Positions 48,871-60,492 of a DNA stretch of 64,000 nt are shown here, piece after piece. Where the stretch lies: contig CM106585.1 of assembly GCA_048013815.1 (NCBI GenBank), positions 5,208,001 to 5,272,000 of the forward strand, given 5' to 3'. The notes under the pieces were generated by a model. That model had not been told where the DNA came from, did no database searches, and worked only from the letters and a program-made list of their open reading frames with translations. Position 1 is the stretch's first letter. Every line of letters starts with the position of its first letter. Position numbers and translations under genes: made by a program. The DNA comes from Setoptus koraiensis (taxonomy: Eukaryota; Animalia; Arthropoda).

Positions 48871-49792
48871 ATGGGCAATAAGATAGCAACTTTCTCCGAT
48901 GAACAACTAGAGTGCTATCAGGATTGTACATATTTCACGAGGAAGGAGATTTTAATGTAAGTACACGATGTTTCATGTGCTCAATTGATACTGTCTCAAT
49001 TGCAAACTCATGTGACTAAAATGTTTTTAGAGAATTTTACCATTCATCATCACGTTGCCAGTGTATTCAAGCGCTTTCGTGAACTGGACTCGAATAGAAT
49101 TCAAAAAGTTATGTCGGATGAAGATTGCTCTTCAATTAAAGTATCCCATGACAAACTTGAAAAGATGGCTGAGCTGAAGGTAAGCGAAGGTGGTATAACT
49201 GTGTTAATGCCTAATTAGTGCAACTATAATCAATTATCGATCCTCCAAATAGGAAAATCCACTCAAAGAGAGAATTTGTAAAGTTTTCTCTGGCGATGAT
49301 AGTGGGGATATGACTTTCGATGATTTTCTCAACATGTGCTCCCTATTTAATGAGCAATCACCTAGGGATACAAAAATACATTATGCTTTCCAGATATATG
49401 GTAGGTTTTTAAACATATCTTCGGCTAGTATGCTTTGCAGCTTGTTACGGTAGTCGCAGTATATTCAAGTTTATCATCGCCTATTATCTAGATTATGATG
49501 AGGATGGCTTCATCGGAATGGAGGATCTCAAAAAGACGCTAGTAGCCTTGACGAAAAACCGATTAACTCAGGAAGAGGTCAGCGTCGTTTGCAATAAAGT
49601 TTTAGAGGAGGCAGATCATGATAATGATGGAAAAATATCCTTTCTTGAGTTCAAACACGTCGTTTCTAGATCACCGGACTTCATGAGGTAAGTTGGATGC
49701 GATTCGAATTCTTATCACAGTTTAAGTCAAAAGTTGGTTTGAACCACATGTTTATTTATATTCGTCTTAGCAACTTTCGCATGAGAATATAA
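48871..49792 (+). CDS. CIB2: Calcium- and integrin-binding protein CIB2/3, join(48871..48956,49062..49179,49253..49400,49492..49687,49771..49792), 189 aa
   Basis: MGNKIATFSDEQLECYQDCTYFTRKEIL, MAELKENPLKERICKVFS, EF-hands DYDEDGFIGMEDL and DHDNDGKISFLEF, and SPDFMSNFRMRI. All four GT-AG introns are phase-consistent. CIB2 cannot be distinguished from CIB3. Confidence 0.95.
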
Positions 49793-51109
49793 ATCAAGAG
49801 GATTCATTTGGAGGGACAAATTAGCTCAGTGCTCATTCAGTTATTCATCTTGAACAGTTCAATCCATCTAGTCATCAACGTCTGTGTCTGTCACCCGTAT
49901 CATTAAATCAACTTACTTTAAGAATAAAATTTCAACTCGATTCCAAACTTCTCGAACTGTCACAAGAATGCTCCACGCCGCGGAGCATTGTTGCGTTGCG
50001 ATGGCCCATTGCTAACGGCGCGTCGAATCGTAGGCAAATAGTTTTTGTGTGTGTCGCACTAATCTCATTCTAGAGTCAAGCTGTTTTGAAATTTATGCAA
50101 ATATTGAAGCCAACTTACACTCATTTACTCGCTTTGGAAACAGATCGTTACTGTTGTTGATGCGCAATGACCTCAGGCAAGCAGCTAATGGGATGAATTT
50201 TCCTCTATCGATATTCCGGGAATTTTGTTTATTGTTTGTATCAAAAATGTCGACACGGAACACTTCCTATGTCCTTGATAACAATTTTCTCATTGGTTCT
50301 ACTCTATTGCTGCGTCCAACCGATCATCAGATCACCTGTTGCGGACTTGGTAGCTGCGACCAATCTCCTTCGTTTCTGTTGTACACATAGCGCCCCTAGT
50401 CTCGTGCAAACTAACAAGGGAACATCGGATAAATCGCCCAGCGTCTGTTATTGTCTGAGTCTTGCTATTCGAGTCGCAAGTCAGACACTCATGAGCTCGA
50501 AGGGACAATTCTATTTAGAATATTTTGTTTATATTTATCACTGCAACTCGTTGTAGGTGATCATCTATTTATCCATGCAACGGAAAATTGTTTCTTTTTT
50601 GCGTAGTAACATGAACCGAGATTCTATATAGCTCATATTGTCAATGATCATTTTTATGTTGTCGCAAGTTGACTTTTGCATTACACAATTTCGTCGCGTT
50701 GAAAACGCACACAAATAAATCAACATCGATTGCATCATTTAAGTGCAGTTCATAAAATCACGACCTTTCCATATATTTATTGCCTTTAAATTATTATTAT
50801 TATTAAATAATTATTCCGCCACAAAGAGTGATCCGCGATCATGTTCAAGCAGACACAATCAAGCATCAATGACACATTCTGTAGTTACTTAACAAAATGC
50901 GCTGTCATTACGCATCGTGCTGTATTGTGAGGATAAACAACAGCATGAAAAATGGGCCAACAGCCATTCGTTCCATTAGCAACACCATTATATGCCAGCC
51001 TATTTTACACTATTGTAAACTCTCATGTATTACACAATTTTTTGTGCGTGTTGGTCCTCACTGGGAAAACCTACACATCAAATTACCTGTACTTGTACTG
51101 TTGTGTATT

Positions 51110-51720
51110 ATGAGGAGCCACTGCTGGGGAACTATATTCCTTTGTTTTGCTATTGTTTCGGGTGAAGACTAGGCCGGCAAGCGTTATATAGAAGCACAAC
51201 AGTTATTACGAAACGTAATAATTATACGAGATAACGATGATCACGTGTTAACTAACAAGGTAAAGCTCATTCCAGATGACAGTAGATCGACTGCCCTGGT
51301 CAGGCTCAGCAAGGTATGAAGGTTCGAAAGGTCTATCAAAAACTGGGAAAACGAACAGTTTCTGCAATAATTGCTATTTTCTGAAATAATTTCATGAATT
51401 CGCTCGTGCCGCAGGCCTGTTTACTACGAGCCATTCGTCCGTTATTTGCAAAATTTTTCATTTTATTAATTTTTAATTATCTATTTTGTGCGGTTGCTGC
51501 TCCATAAATAGGCGAATGAGCATGATAAAACTACTTTTGAGGCTAGATATCTCAAAGGTAGGGCATTGTCTACAAGGAGAGGGGTTACGTTCTCACAAGG
51601 AACGTGACACAGTTCAAGAAGGCCAAAGTCGAGTTGGATTCAAGGCCATGCCGAGGAAGGGGTGTTTACTTCGTTGGCAACGACGCAAAATGGTACGAAA
51701 TGAAACCAAAACTGCTCTAA
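51110..51720 (+). CDS. Predicted small secreted cationic protein, join(51110..51161,51276..51313,51562..51720), 82 aa
   Basis: Signal-like exon MRSHCWGTIFLCFAIVS. The phase-1 (GTGAAG...TTCCAG) and phase-0 (GTATGA...GGTAG) introns are compatible. Last exon GIVYKERGYV...KWYEMKPKLL-stop; AATAAA at ~51993. Not present in the ORF track. Confidence 0.5.
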
Positions 51721-52092
51721 AAATTCAGACACGCTATTCTCTACTTGTCAGCAAGACTTGTGAGAGATATAATGTTATAAGGGCCATTTAAAATTCGTTG
51801 TAATCAATCGTATCATCAGGAAATATAGTATTCAATATTATTGGTTCATTCCACCTATAATTGATGACTGCTAAAATGACAATTGGCAAACGTGGCAAAA
51901 CCGAGAGTAATGCAAACTTGAAGGCGATGAAGAAGCGTTCTGTTAGAAGTCCAAGATCAATACGCGATGTAGCGCCAATGTATCAACATGCAATAAAATT
52001 CAAGTTTGTTTTATTTCGATAGAATAGATAATCATCGATGATATAAGATGAGGAATGATGATAGGTATAGAGATATACTGATTGATAGCAGC

Positions 52093-52967
52093 TCAGTCCT
52101 TCTTAGAGTATGGTCCTCCCCATGTGGCCGGTGCCCCATTGAGTGCGAAACCGGCGCTCTTGTCCGATGCCAGATACTTAGCAACGTTGGGTAGTGCCTT
52201 GACGCGAGCGTGGTAATTCTTCAAGCTCTCAAATGCGTCCAATACTGTAGGTTCAAGCACTAGCTGCTGATCTAAAAATTCATATAGTATGAAGTCGACA
52301 TAGGTGACGTAATCGCCAGCTAAAAATGGTCGGCTGCCAAGGAAGTCAGCGAGGCTTTTTAGCTTGGCTGGCAATTCCTTGAGGTAGTCAACCTTTAGTT
52401 CATGAAAGTCTGGCTTGTAGCACATCATGGCAAATTGATATCTGTAATCATGAACTTGCTGTTCAGCCAGGTCGGTACGCAATCTGTCGGCATCGTTGCG
52501 GGCGTCCAAATTGTATTTGCGAGCCACGTAGCGCATGATGGTCAACGATTGGGTCAATTTGACATCGCCATCAATTAAATAGGGCAAATTGGGAAAGTCC
52601 AGACCGTGTGTGAATTTTTCGTTGAGCCATTCGCTTCTGTCGAATGTGGGCGGTGGTCCGCAGTTGTAGAGTTTGTCGGTGAACTCGACTCCGGCTTGAG
52701 CCAACAAGAGACGAATCGATTGGGCCAACTATGGGATCGGGGGCGTTGGAACAACAAGACACAAGGCACAGATTGATGGTGTTAGTTAGCGGTCGGTTAG
52801 TAGCCAGTGGAGATTGTGGGCCAGAGTCAGTAGTGGACACAGAGCCACCGATTGACACGCAGTCACCGATTGACAAAGAATGATAATTGTTCATTGTGAG
52901 ACATTGAGCAGTTGTGTTGCGTAATACTTACACCGCGAATGCCCCAGTATCCTAGTGTGACTGGCAT
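52093..52967 (-). CDS. GSTM: Glutathione S-transferase mu class, join(52967..52932,52728..52093), 223 aa
   Basis: Exon 1 MPVTLGYWGIRG (donor GTAAGT at 52931) joins LAQSIRLLL. Mu-loop GPPPTFDRSEW, LDFPNLPYLIDG, TQS and FLAGDYVTYVDF. Confidence 0.97.
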
Positions 52968-53397
52968 GATGATTGAATGATGGGCAAATTGTTATTTTAT
53001 TTAAAAGATGGATGAGCTGTGATTTAATTTTCAGATTGATTGGTGGTTGAATGGCGATGACAGTTGACGACTGTTGCTGACAATTGCTGGCTGTTACACT
53101 GACGATTAACGGATAAACGAGAAAGTTTTATACGATGCGACACGAGGCAAAAGCACGAATGTAATGAGAGAAGCCCACAAGTGTGGCCGCAAACTGATGG
53201 GTGTGGTGCCAGTGAACAGGCTGTGCGCAAAGGGTTCTGTGCCGGCGAGCGTCAGTGTGCCTGATTCCTGCTCCACTGTGTACCTATAATATTGGCGTAT
53301 TTTTAGCAGCACTCAACCAGCACCGACAACGCACTAAGTAACGCACGCACTGTGCACTAGTGTGGTACCGAGCGCACCGGCAACACGTTGTGCACCG

Positions 53398-53399
<2 letters not shown>

Positions 53400-53444
<45 letters not shown>
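53400..53444. repeat. (CA)~22 microsatellite
   Basis: Read directly from the sequence. Further (CA)n runs lie at ~6234-6253 and ~14365-14405. Confidence 0.95.
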
Positions 53445-53446
<2 letters not shown>

Positions 53447-56400
53447 ACAGTGTAACATCGTCTGTCAAAAGTTCGAGAAAGATCTTTCGCGCTGTTTTCG
53501 TCCGGAGGGGGGCGATTTGTATTGCATACTGCGGTTGTCGTTGTCCTGTCGAATGTGCACATTGGGATGTACTAACGAGTACAAGCTCGTTAGTCATTCT
53601 GCAGCAACTGCTCGTTGTTTGGCCGACGTCACACGGCCCTGGCCGCCAAAGTGAGAACTTGGACTTTTTTGGCGAACGGAACACGCCAAGAAACAGGCTC
53701 CGGCAATGTGCACCTGCAGTTTGGAATTTGAAAGAAAATTCCTAGCTATTCTAGGTACAGAAAGAACGAGTTACATAACTATTTTTAGAAGAGACTATTG
53801 TGTGCAATGTAAAGTGGCTGCCAATGAGAGTCTCTCCGTTTGTCTAGTGTTTAGCGCGAGGTTACATAGTGCTGGCAACAAGCGCACAACAAAAGGCTTG
53901 TTCTTGGGCTAGCGTTAGCTGTTATCTGGCGTTCTTTGGGCCAACAATGTGAGACAGGCTAGTTGTGGATGAGGTGAGAACAACAAAGAGCTCCTATGTG
54001 TACATTGCGCCCTATAACGATACACAATAAGCACAAACAGTACAGGTGCATCATTATTATCTGGCATTATTGCTTGGCATTACTTCATTATCAAGGCCAA
54101 CCACATTACCTTTTTGGAGATATTGTGTGTGTGTGTCTGCTGCCAGCACATTGCCAGTGCCAATTAAGCGTCTGACGTGACATAATATACTGTACTCGTA
54201 CACACACACACACACATATATAGTACAGTATCTGTATATAAATTATGGCTCAACAACAATCATGCGGAGACAAACAGAATGGGAAGGACATAAGATGGCA
54301 ACAAGCAAAGAAATCTCTCAATAGCTGCGAATTTGCTGCCGCTGCCAAACTTTCTCGCTATTCATCGTACCTTTTCACTGGCTGTTGCTTTCGACGAGGC
54401 CATCGGACAGCCACTCTGACAAGTACACGATTTTCGGGCTCAACCATCGCAAGTTAACTTGCAATTATTCGAAGTTCGAACACACCAATCGACTGTCAAA
54501 ACGAGCGCCATCCTGTGCAACATCCATTGGCGCACTATCGGTTTCTATATGCCAATGCCAAGCGACGCTAATGCGAGCTGCCAGCAACGTAACTCGCAAA
54601 GCTCGTCAACGATATGACTCATATCCACTTTACAGATACACTTCTCTGACTTGCTAAACAACGACTTTACATATGAATCAATTAGCGAACCATTTTAGAC
54701 ACTAGAGTGACACATTAGTGATTTATTAGTAGGGTTTAATTCGTTGATTTACAATGCATCTTTTCATTGATTATGTACATTTGTTTCATGACATCTTTCA
54801 TCATCGACTTACAAGAGGCCAAGTCAACATTTGTCTATTATAGCGACCCGTGTGCTGCGGGATGTTCTTCCGAAGGCCCCAGACCCCGTTCAAAATAATC
54901 CGCTAGAGGCGCCACCATCCTTGAAATATGTGCGGCCAAAGGCAGCTTGTTCCATTTAATATTTTCTCTCTTCGATTGCTCCAAATCTATTTGCGCATTG
55001 TCTATAGCCAGTTCGCCATCACGCCCATAACTACTCATCGTGGTCGACTGCCACTCGCTTATAGAAAGCCGAGTGGCGCTGCCCTGTAGGATTTTTTTAA
55101 AACTAGATGTAAGGGCATTGGGAAGACCTCACACAATACACGTTTATGTCAGAGACTGTTGATGCATCCTATGTATCAACTTGTTATTTGTGGCGAGAGT
55201 AATTCTTTTTTTCAAATCTATCTCATTATTCTGATACGAAATTCGAAAGGTTCTGGTCCTCTAGAAACACGTCCTCTGTGTGGATTATCTGTGTTGGTTG
55301 CCTTCTTCCGCCGGAACAACTTTTGGCGCCAATCTTTAGGGCCCCACCATGTTTTTCTGGAGCTGGACCCTCCACAATATGTAGAACTTGTCAAAACTCA
55401 TCTAACAATACTAGGTTCGCCGATATAGGAGCGAATGTACTGGACTGAAAATGAAAAAAAAAACATCAAATGTGCCTCAAAATGCATGGAATAAGTTCCG
55501 GATATCAAGAGACGATATGGCACGTCAAATGCCTAGTTGGCGTTCCACTTTGCTCTATCAATCAGTATAATGAATCAATACCTGTACAAATACATCGTAT
55601 AGAGATCCAGATTGTCGGATTGTGGTAATGGCTCAGTGATCATTCATAGTCTTAGTCAAGAGAGATAATTGACTACTGTTGCGGTAGTTGAACTCACAGC
55701 AGCAGAAACATACACATCTGTTTGGATGTCACTTTATAGAAAGAATTGTGAGAATACCCTACGAATTTTTATACTTGCTCTTACATAATCACGCTAATAT
55801 GGAGGCGACACGCTTCAGAACTCTTTTCGTCGGTGGCGTGTATTTTTCTTTTCATTTTCATGCAACTTTTGCTTCTAGAGTTGAAACTACAGTAGTAAAA
55901 TGAAAGAATTGCTCACACGATGGAGTGTTTTATAGTCGCAATTAGAATTCGATATAAATGCTTACTCAAATACAACTCTTCATGGTCTCTCGCTACATTG
56001 GGTTCTATATCTATCTAATACATGTCGCGTCGCGTCGTGTTCGTAGTCTACTTTCAAGCCGTCTGCTATACAAGTATGCATCTTGCTTCGTGCTTCATTA
56101 TTGTCTCAGTTCGAATAATGCATGACTAATGCCCAGACAACGCTCTAAAATCTCAAGGTCAAACTACCCTTTCGCCATGTATTCCTTCTATTCTGATTGT
56201 ATGTTAGCTCGGTTTTCAGTTTAAAGATTTCATTGAGATTTTGTCATCACATTGACACTGCGGCAAAAGTAATGCTTATAGATGGGGTCAACAGAAAAAA
56301 GAGTCAAGACTTTCGTTGAGACGATATTGGTTGCACAAAATTTCCATATTGTGTGTTCACTGTGGTAATTGTTGGTTTTTCAACCGCAAATTTATTCAGT

Positions 56401-57018
56401 TTTCTGTTTTCCGCATAAGTGAGGAGCCTTTCGGAACAATTGTCCAATATAACTAGAAAACAGTCCAGTCAGATGACTACGAAGAATAGATTTTCAGGGA
56501 TTAGAGAAGTACACTTTCTTGAAGCAAACTTTTCGTAACTGTAGTTCAACATTCAATCTAGATGCTCGTCACATGAATATTTTCTCCCCTTCCGATGGGC
56601 CCTCGGAATCACCCTCGGCAACTTTTCTATATCGATTCCTCGACCTTATCAACGAATTGAGGTAAATTTGTAAGGTATTTTTCTCAGTTAATTTTCTTGG
56701 GGAGCAGTCCTGACATTCACCCTCCTACGTTGTATCTTATGTTATTGTACACTTGGTAGTATGCGCCTCTTCCTCGACTAAAAATACTCCATGGAATATA
56801 AATCGTTGCTCACTCAAACTGGCGAGATAGAAAATAGATGATAAGATCAATGGGATATGTGAATATTTCGTGTTCTCCTTTAGTACGAAACAAACGTCAG
56901 TTAAGCAGCTAATAGTACTAGTCTTTACATTGGCAGATTGGAAATCAATTTATTGTAGCTGACAAAATCAGTGGCCCAAGCGCGAAGAAATTTTGCCTGA
57001 ATCTTGCCGGTCATTGTA

Positions 57019-57423
57019 TTAAGAAGATTCAGTCTCTTTTTGTTTTCTCATATCACTCATGATGTCTATCAGACTTGTCTTTTTTTCGTTGGTCTGGTCC
57101 TCTCTCTTCTTGAGATTGAGTTTCTCTGTTATACTGTTGGTTGGATCTTGCAGATTAGCAAACAAATCTTCGTCAAAATCAAACTCAGTATTGTTGGTTA
57201 CATCATTTTGATCAATTTCGGCCTTAGAGCTTTCCAGTTCCTCCTTTTTGGCGCTGTCAGAATCTTGGCCCCGTTCGCTGCTAACTACTGGGGGTGGACG
57301 TCTCCCGCTACATTTCCAGTCGAGTTGAAGAGTTTGCCCTTGCTCTATCCTGCTGTACAAATCGCATGCCTCATCTACAGACATGAAATCCAAAATTCCA
57401 TTATCTTTAGTTTTATCAATCAT
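57019..57423 (-). CDS. PAGR1: PAXIP1-associated glutamate-rich protein 1 (PA1), compact 134-aa form
   Basis: [32 protein letters not shown] and [12 protein letters not shown] match remembered human PA1 segments [32 protein letters not shown] and LDKVLSDMKRHK. Confidence 0.85.
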   Translation of the reverse strand: [134 protein letters not shown]

Positions 57424-57736
57424 TTTGCCTCAATAATATTATTTTGATTGTCTAATGGTCTACTTAATAAAATAGTAAAAAAGTAATTGATTGATGAATT
57501 TCTCGCCGCGATGAAAAAAGGTGACTACAGTGCAGAAGCACATGAGCAACCACACCACAACAACAATAATAAAATTGTAACATCCAACAGCTGATGATGG
57601 AGAACCAATCCGAGAGTATGTGCGCCAATTGTGATTGTCAAATATAGTCTACAAGATTTTATCTCTGAGAATATTGCTATTATATTACAATTCATCATTC
57701 TCTACATGATTGATCCCATCCGGAGAGAGCTTCAAA

Positions 57737-60094
57737 ATGTCGAAAATTAGACTATTTCTATTTCTGCATCAAACTAAAACGAATTGGAGCCCTAAAGGTG
57801 ACTATGGTTTCTACTATCACAGCATTCGGAGAATTCCTCCCGAAGACATTTGGATATTGCAGCTCAACTAATCATTGTGTTCCTCTATTCATCTCTAATA
57901 ACCACAGCCAGATATGCGTCAACCACGTTTTCGCCCAAACAACTGGGTTTCGTTCGGCTGGGCAATATAAGCTCATTGGTAGGCAGGGATCTCATGAGGA
58001 AAGGTCACAGAGTTATGCTTCATACGAATGCATCAACCAAGAGTGTCACCCCCCAACGTGTAACCAATAAGCAAATTCTTTCACAAATGATGCAATATGT
58101 GTGGCCAAAAGATAGACCCAACATCAAAAGAAGAGTTGTTGTAGCATTGATACTTCTGATAACAGGAAAGGTAAGGAGGTGCTCGTCTAGAAGGTTTACT
58201 CTACTCACCATCAGCTATTCTATGTACACATTCTATAGCTTTTACTATACTCATCTCTAACACTCTAATATCTTGACCAATCACAGGTAGTATCCATACA
58301 GGCCCCTTTGTTATTCAAGCGTGTAGTAGATTATCTCAACGAAAATACCCAAAAAGACAGCAAAGTACTCACCTTAGATACCCCAACTGAAGCTGTATTT
58401 GCGTTTGCTTGTGCTCTTATATTAGGATATGGAGCTGCCAGAGCTGGATCGTCGCTTTTCAATGAGTTGAGAAACTCCGTATTTGCTAAGGTCGCTAGCG
58501 ATTCGATAAGGCGCGTGGCGGTTAACGTTTTTTCACATCTTCACGGTCTTGATCTAAACTATCACCTAAACAGACAAACTGGAGCCCTGAGCAAGTCCAT
58601 TGATCGCGGATCAAGAGGCATAACTTTTGTGTTATCGTCACTAGTTTTTAATGTTGTTCCAACTATCTTTGAAGTGGCATTAGTAAGTTCAATCCTTTGG
58701 TACAAATGCGGTGGTCAGTTTGCCGCAGTTACTGTGGGCTGTATCGGTAGTTATGCGGCATTCACTTTTGCTTTCACCCAATGGAGGACTAAGTTTAGAG
58801 TTCAAATGAACAAGGCCGAGACACAGGCGAGTTCTAGATCGGTAGATTCCTTAATTAACTACGAGACTGTGAAATATTTCAACAATGAAAAACACGAAAC
58901 CAGACGCTATGAAGAATTGCTGCAGCAGTTTCAAGTTGCTAATCTCAAAACTACAACCAGTTTGGCTGCTCTGAATTTTGGTCAACAGGCTATCTTCAGC
59001 GGATCAATAGCTTGGATTATGATTTTGGCGGCCAAAATGATAGTGGCCGGCGAAACTTCAGTAGGAGATCTAGTCATGGTCAATGGACTATTATTTCAAT
59101 TGCAGATGCCCCTGAACTTTCTCGGCTCAGTTTATAGAGAGGTTCGTCAGTCTCTGATTGATATGCAATCGATGTTTGGTTTAATGAATGTAGAAAGCAC
59201 TATCAAATCCAAGATTGACGCACCTCACCTGATAATGGATTCAAAATCTAGTTCAGTTATATTTGACAATGTTTCCTTTGGGTACAGTAAGGATAGAATG
59301 GTTCTAGATCGAATGAGTTTTGAAGTGCCCAACGGGAAGAAGATTGCGATTGTAGGTGGCAGCGGATGTGGAAAATCAACAATCGTGCGACTGTTATATC
59401 GTTTCTATGATCCCATAGACGGAAAAGTTCTCTTGAATAATCAGAATATAAAAGATGTCGATTTGGATAGTCTAAGAAGACACATAGCTGTAGTTCCCCA
59501 AGACGCTGTTTTATTTCATGACACAATCAAATACAATATACACTATGGAAACTTCGAAACAAGTGACGAGAATGTCTATGAAGCATCCAAAATGGCGGAA
59601 TTGCATGATTCTATTCAGAGATGGCCCCAAAGATACGAAACTCAAGTTGGCGAGCGTGGACTTAAATTAAGTGGAGGAGAGAAACAGAGAGTGGCCATTG
59701 CAAGAGCTATACTCAAAAATAGCCCATTACTAATCTTTGACGAAGCAACATCCTCTTTAGACTCTATCACCGAAGCCGTAAGAATTTTTGACTATCCTGT
59801 GAAAGATTATGTTTAAATGAGCTTTCGTACACTACAACTAATCTTGTCTCTAATCTATTCTCTTACATAACCTATCACTTGCAATTACAGAAAATCATGA
59901 CTGCCTTGAGGAGAGCCGTTCAAAATCGTACATCAATAATGATAGCTCATAGATTAGGCACAGTGTCTGATGCAGACACAATACTAGTGCTAGAGAATGG
60001 TCAGATAGTCGAACGTGGAACTCATCAGATGCTAATGACTAAACCTAGCTCACTATACTATCATCTATGGTCTCAGCAACAAAAGCATCCGTGA
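57737..60094 (+). CDS. ABCB7: Mitochondrial Fe-S/glutathione ABC exporter ABCB7/Atm1, join(57737..57797,57908..58170,58287..59777,59891..60094), ~672 aa
   Basis: [59 protein letters not shown], Walker [27 protein letters not shown] and IAHRL. The first-intron acceptor could alternatively be 57862. Confidence 0.96.
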
Positions 60095-60294
60095 TACTAA
60101 TCTTATAGGTTCATCCACCCTTTTTAAAAACATTGCACCGTTACAAGTGTGTTATTGTAGCGACCGATAATAAAATCTATCAAATGTTCAATTTGATTTC
60201 CAATTCGAGCATGATCATTGCAAAGTATAACCATGTAGAGGTCTTTTTCATTCGCACATGGTCAAATGTTGTTGAATTTCATAATTATCTTTCG

Positions 60295-60308
60295 GTTGCC
60301 TTGGCAAC
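60295..60308. promoter_or_regulatory. RFX X-box upstream of IFT88
   Basis: GTTGCCTTGGCAAC inside the near-perfect palindrome CGGTTGCCTTGGCAACCG, ~190 bp before ATG 60493. Confidence 0.85.
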
Positions 60309-60492
60309 CGATTCAAGCTTCTTTGACGCTCTGGCTCCTGATAGAAAGTCTTCTGACAAGGCTCTCTCTCTCTCTCGGTCTAGTTATCGTCAGAGAATAT
60401 CATATATAATCAAGAATCACGGTATAGAATTTACTCACATTTTATGTTCAGTCAACCTGATTGCCGAAGAAAAAGATCGTAGAAGCACCGAA

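Noticed and set aside
51486-51791. 101-aa plus-strand ORF from the track
   Set aside because: TTG start and no recognisable features; the overlapping frame fits a phase-consistent spliced model better.
55260-55444. In-frame TGA between two open segments, as possible selenocysteine
   Set aside because: No redox motif, no recognisable selenoprotein family and no SECIS identified.
57004-57447. 147-aa hydrophobic plus-strand ORF
   Set aside because: Antisense shadow of the K/E-rich PAGR1 coding sequence.
60133-60492. N-terminal 120 codons of the IFT88 ORF
   Set aside because: Starts 39 nt after the ABCB7 stop and contains a canonical X-box, so it is more likely promoter/UTR. A weak LATDSSFFDAL resemblance to the IFT88 N-terminus prevents full exclusion.
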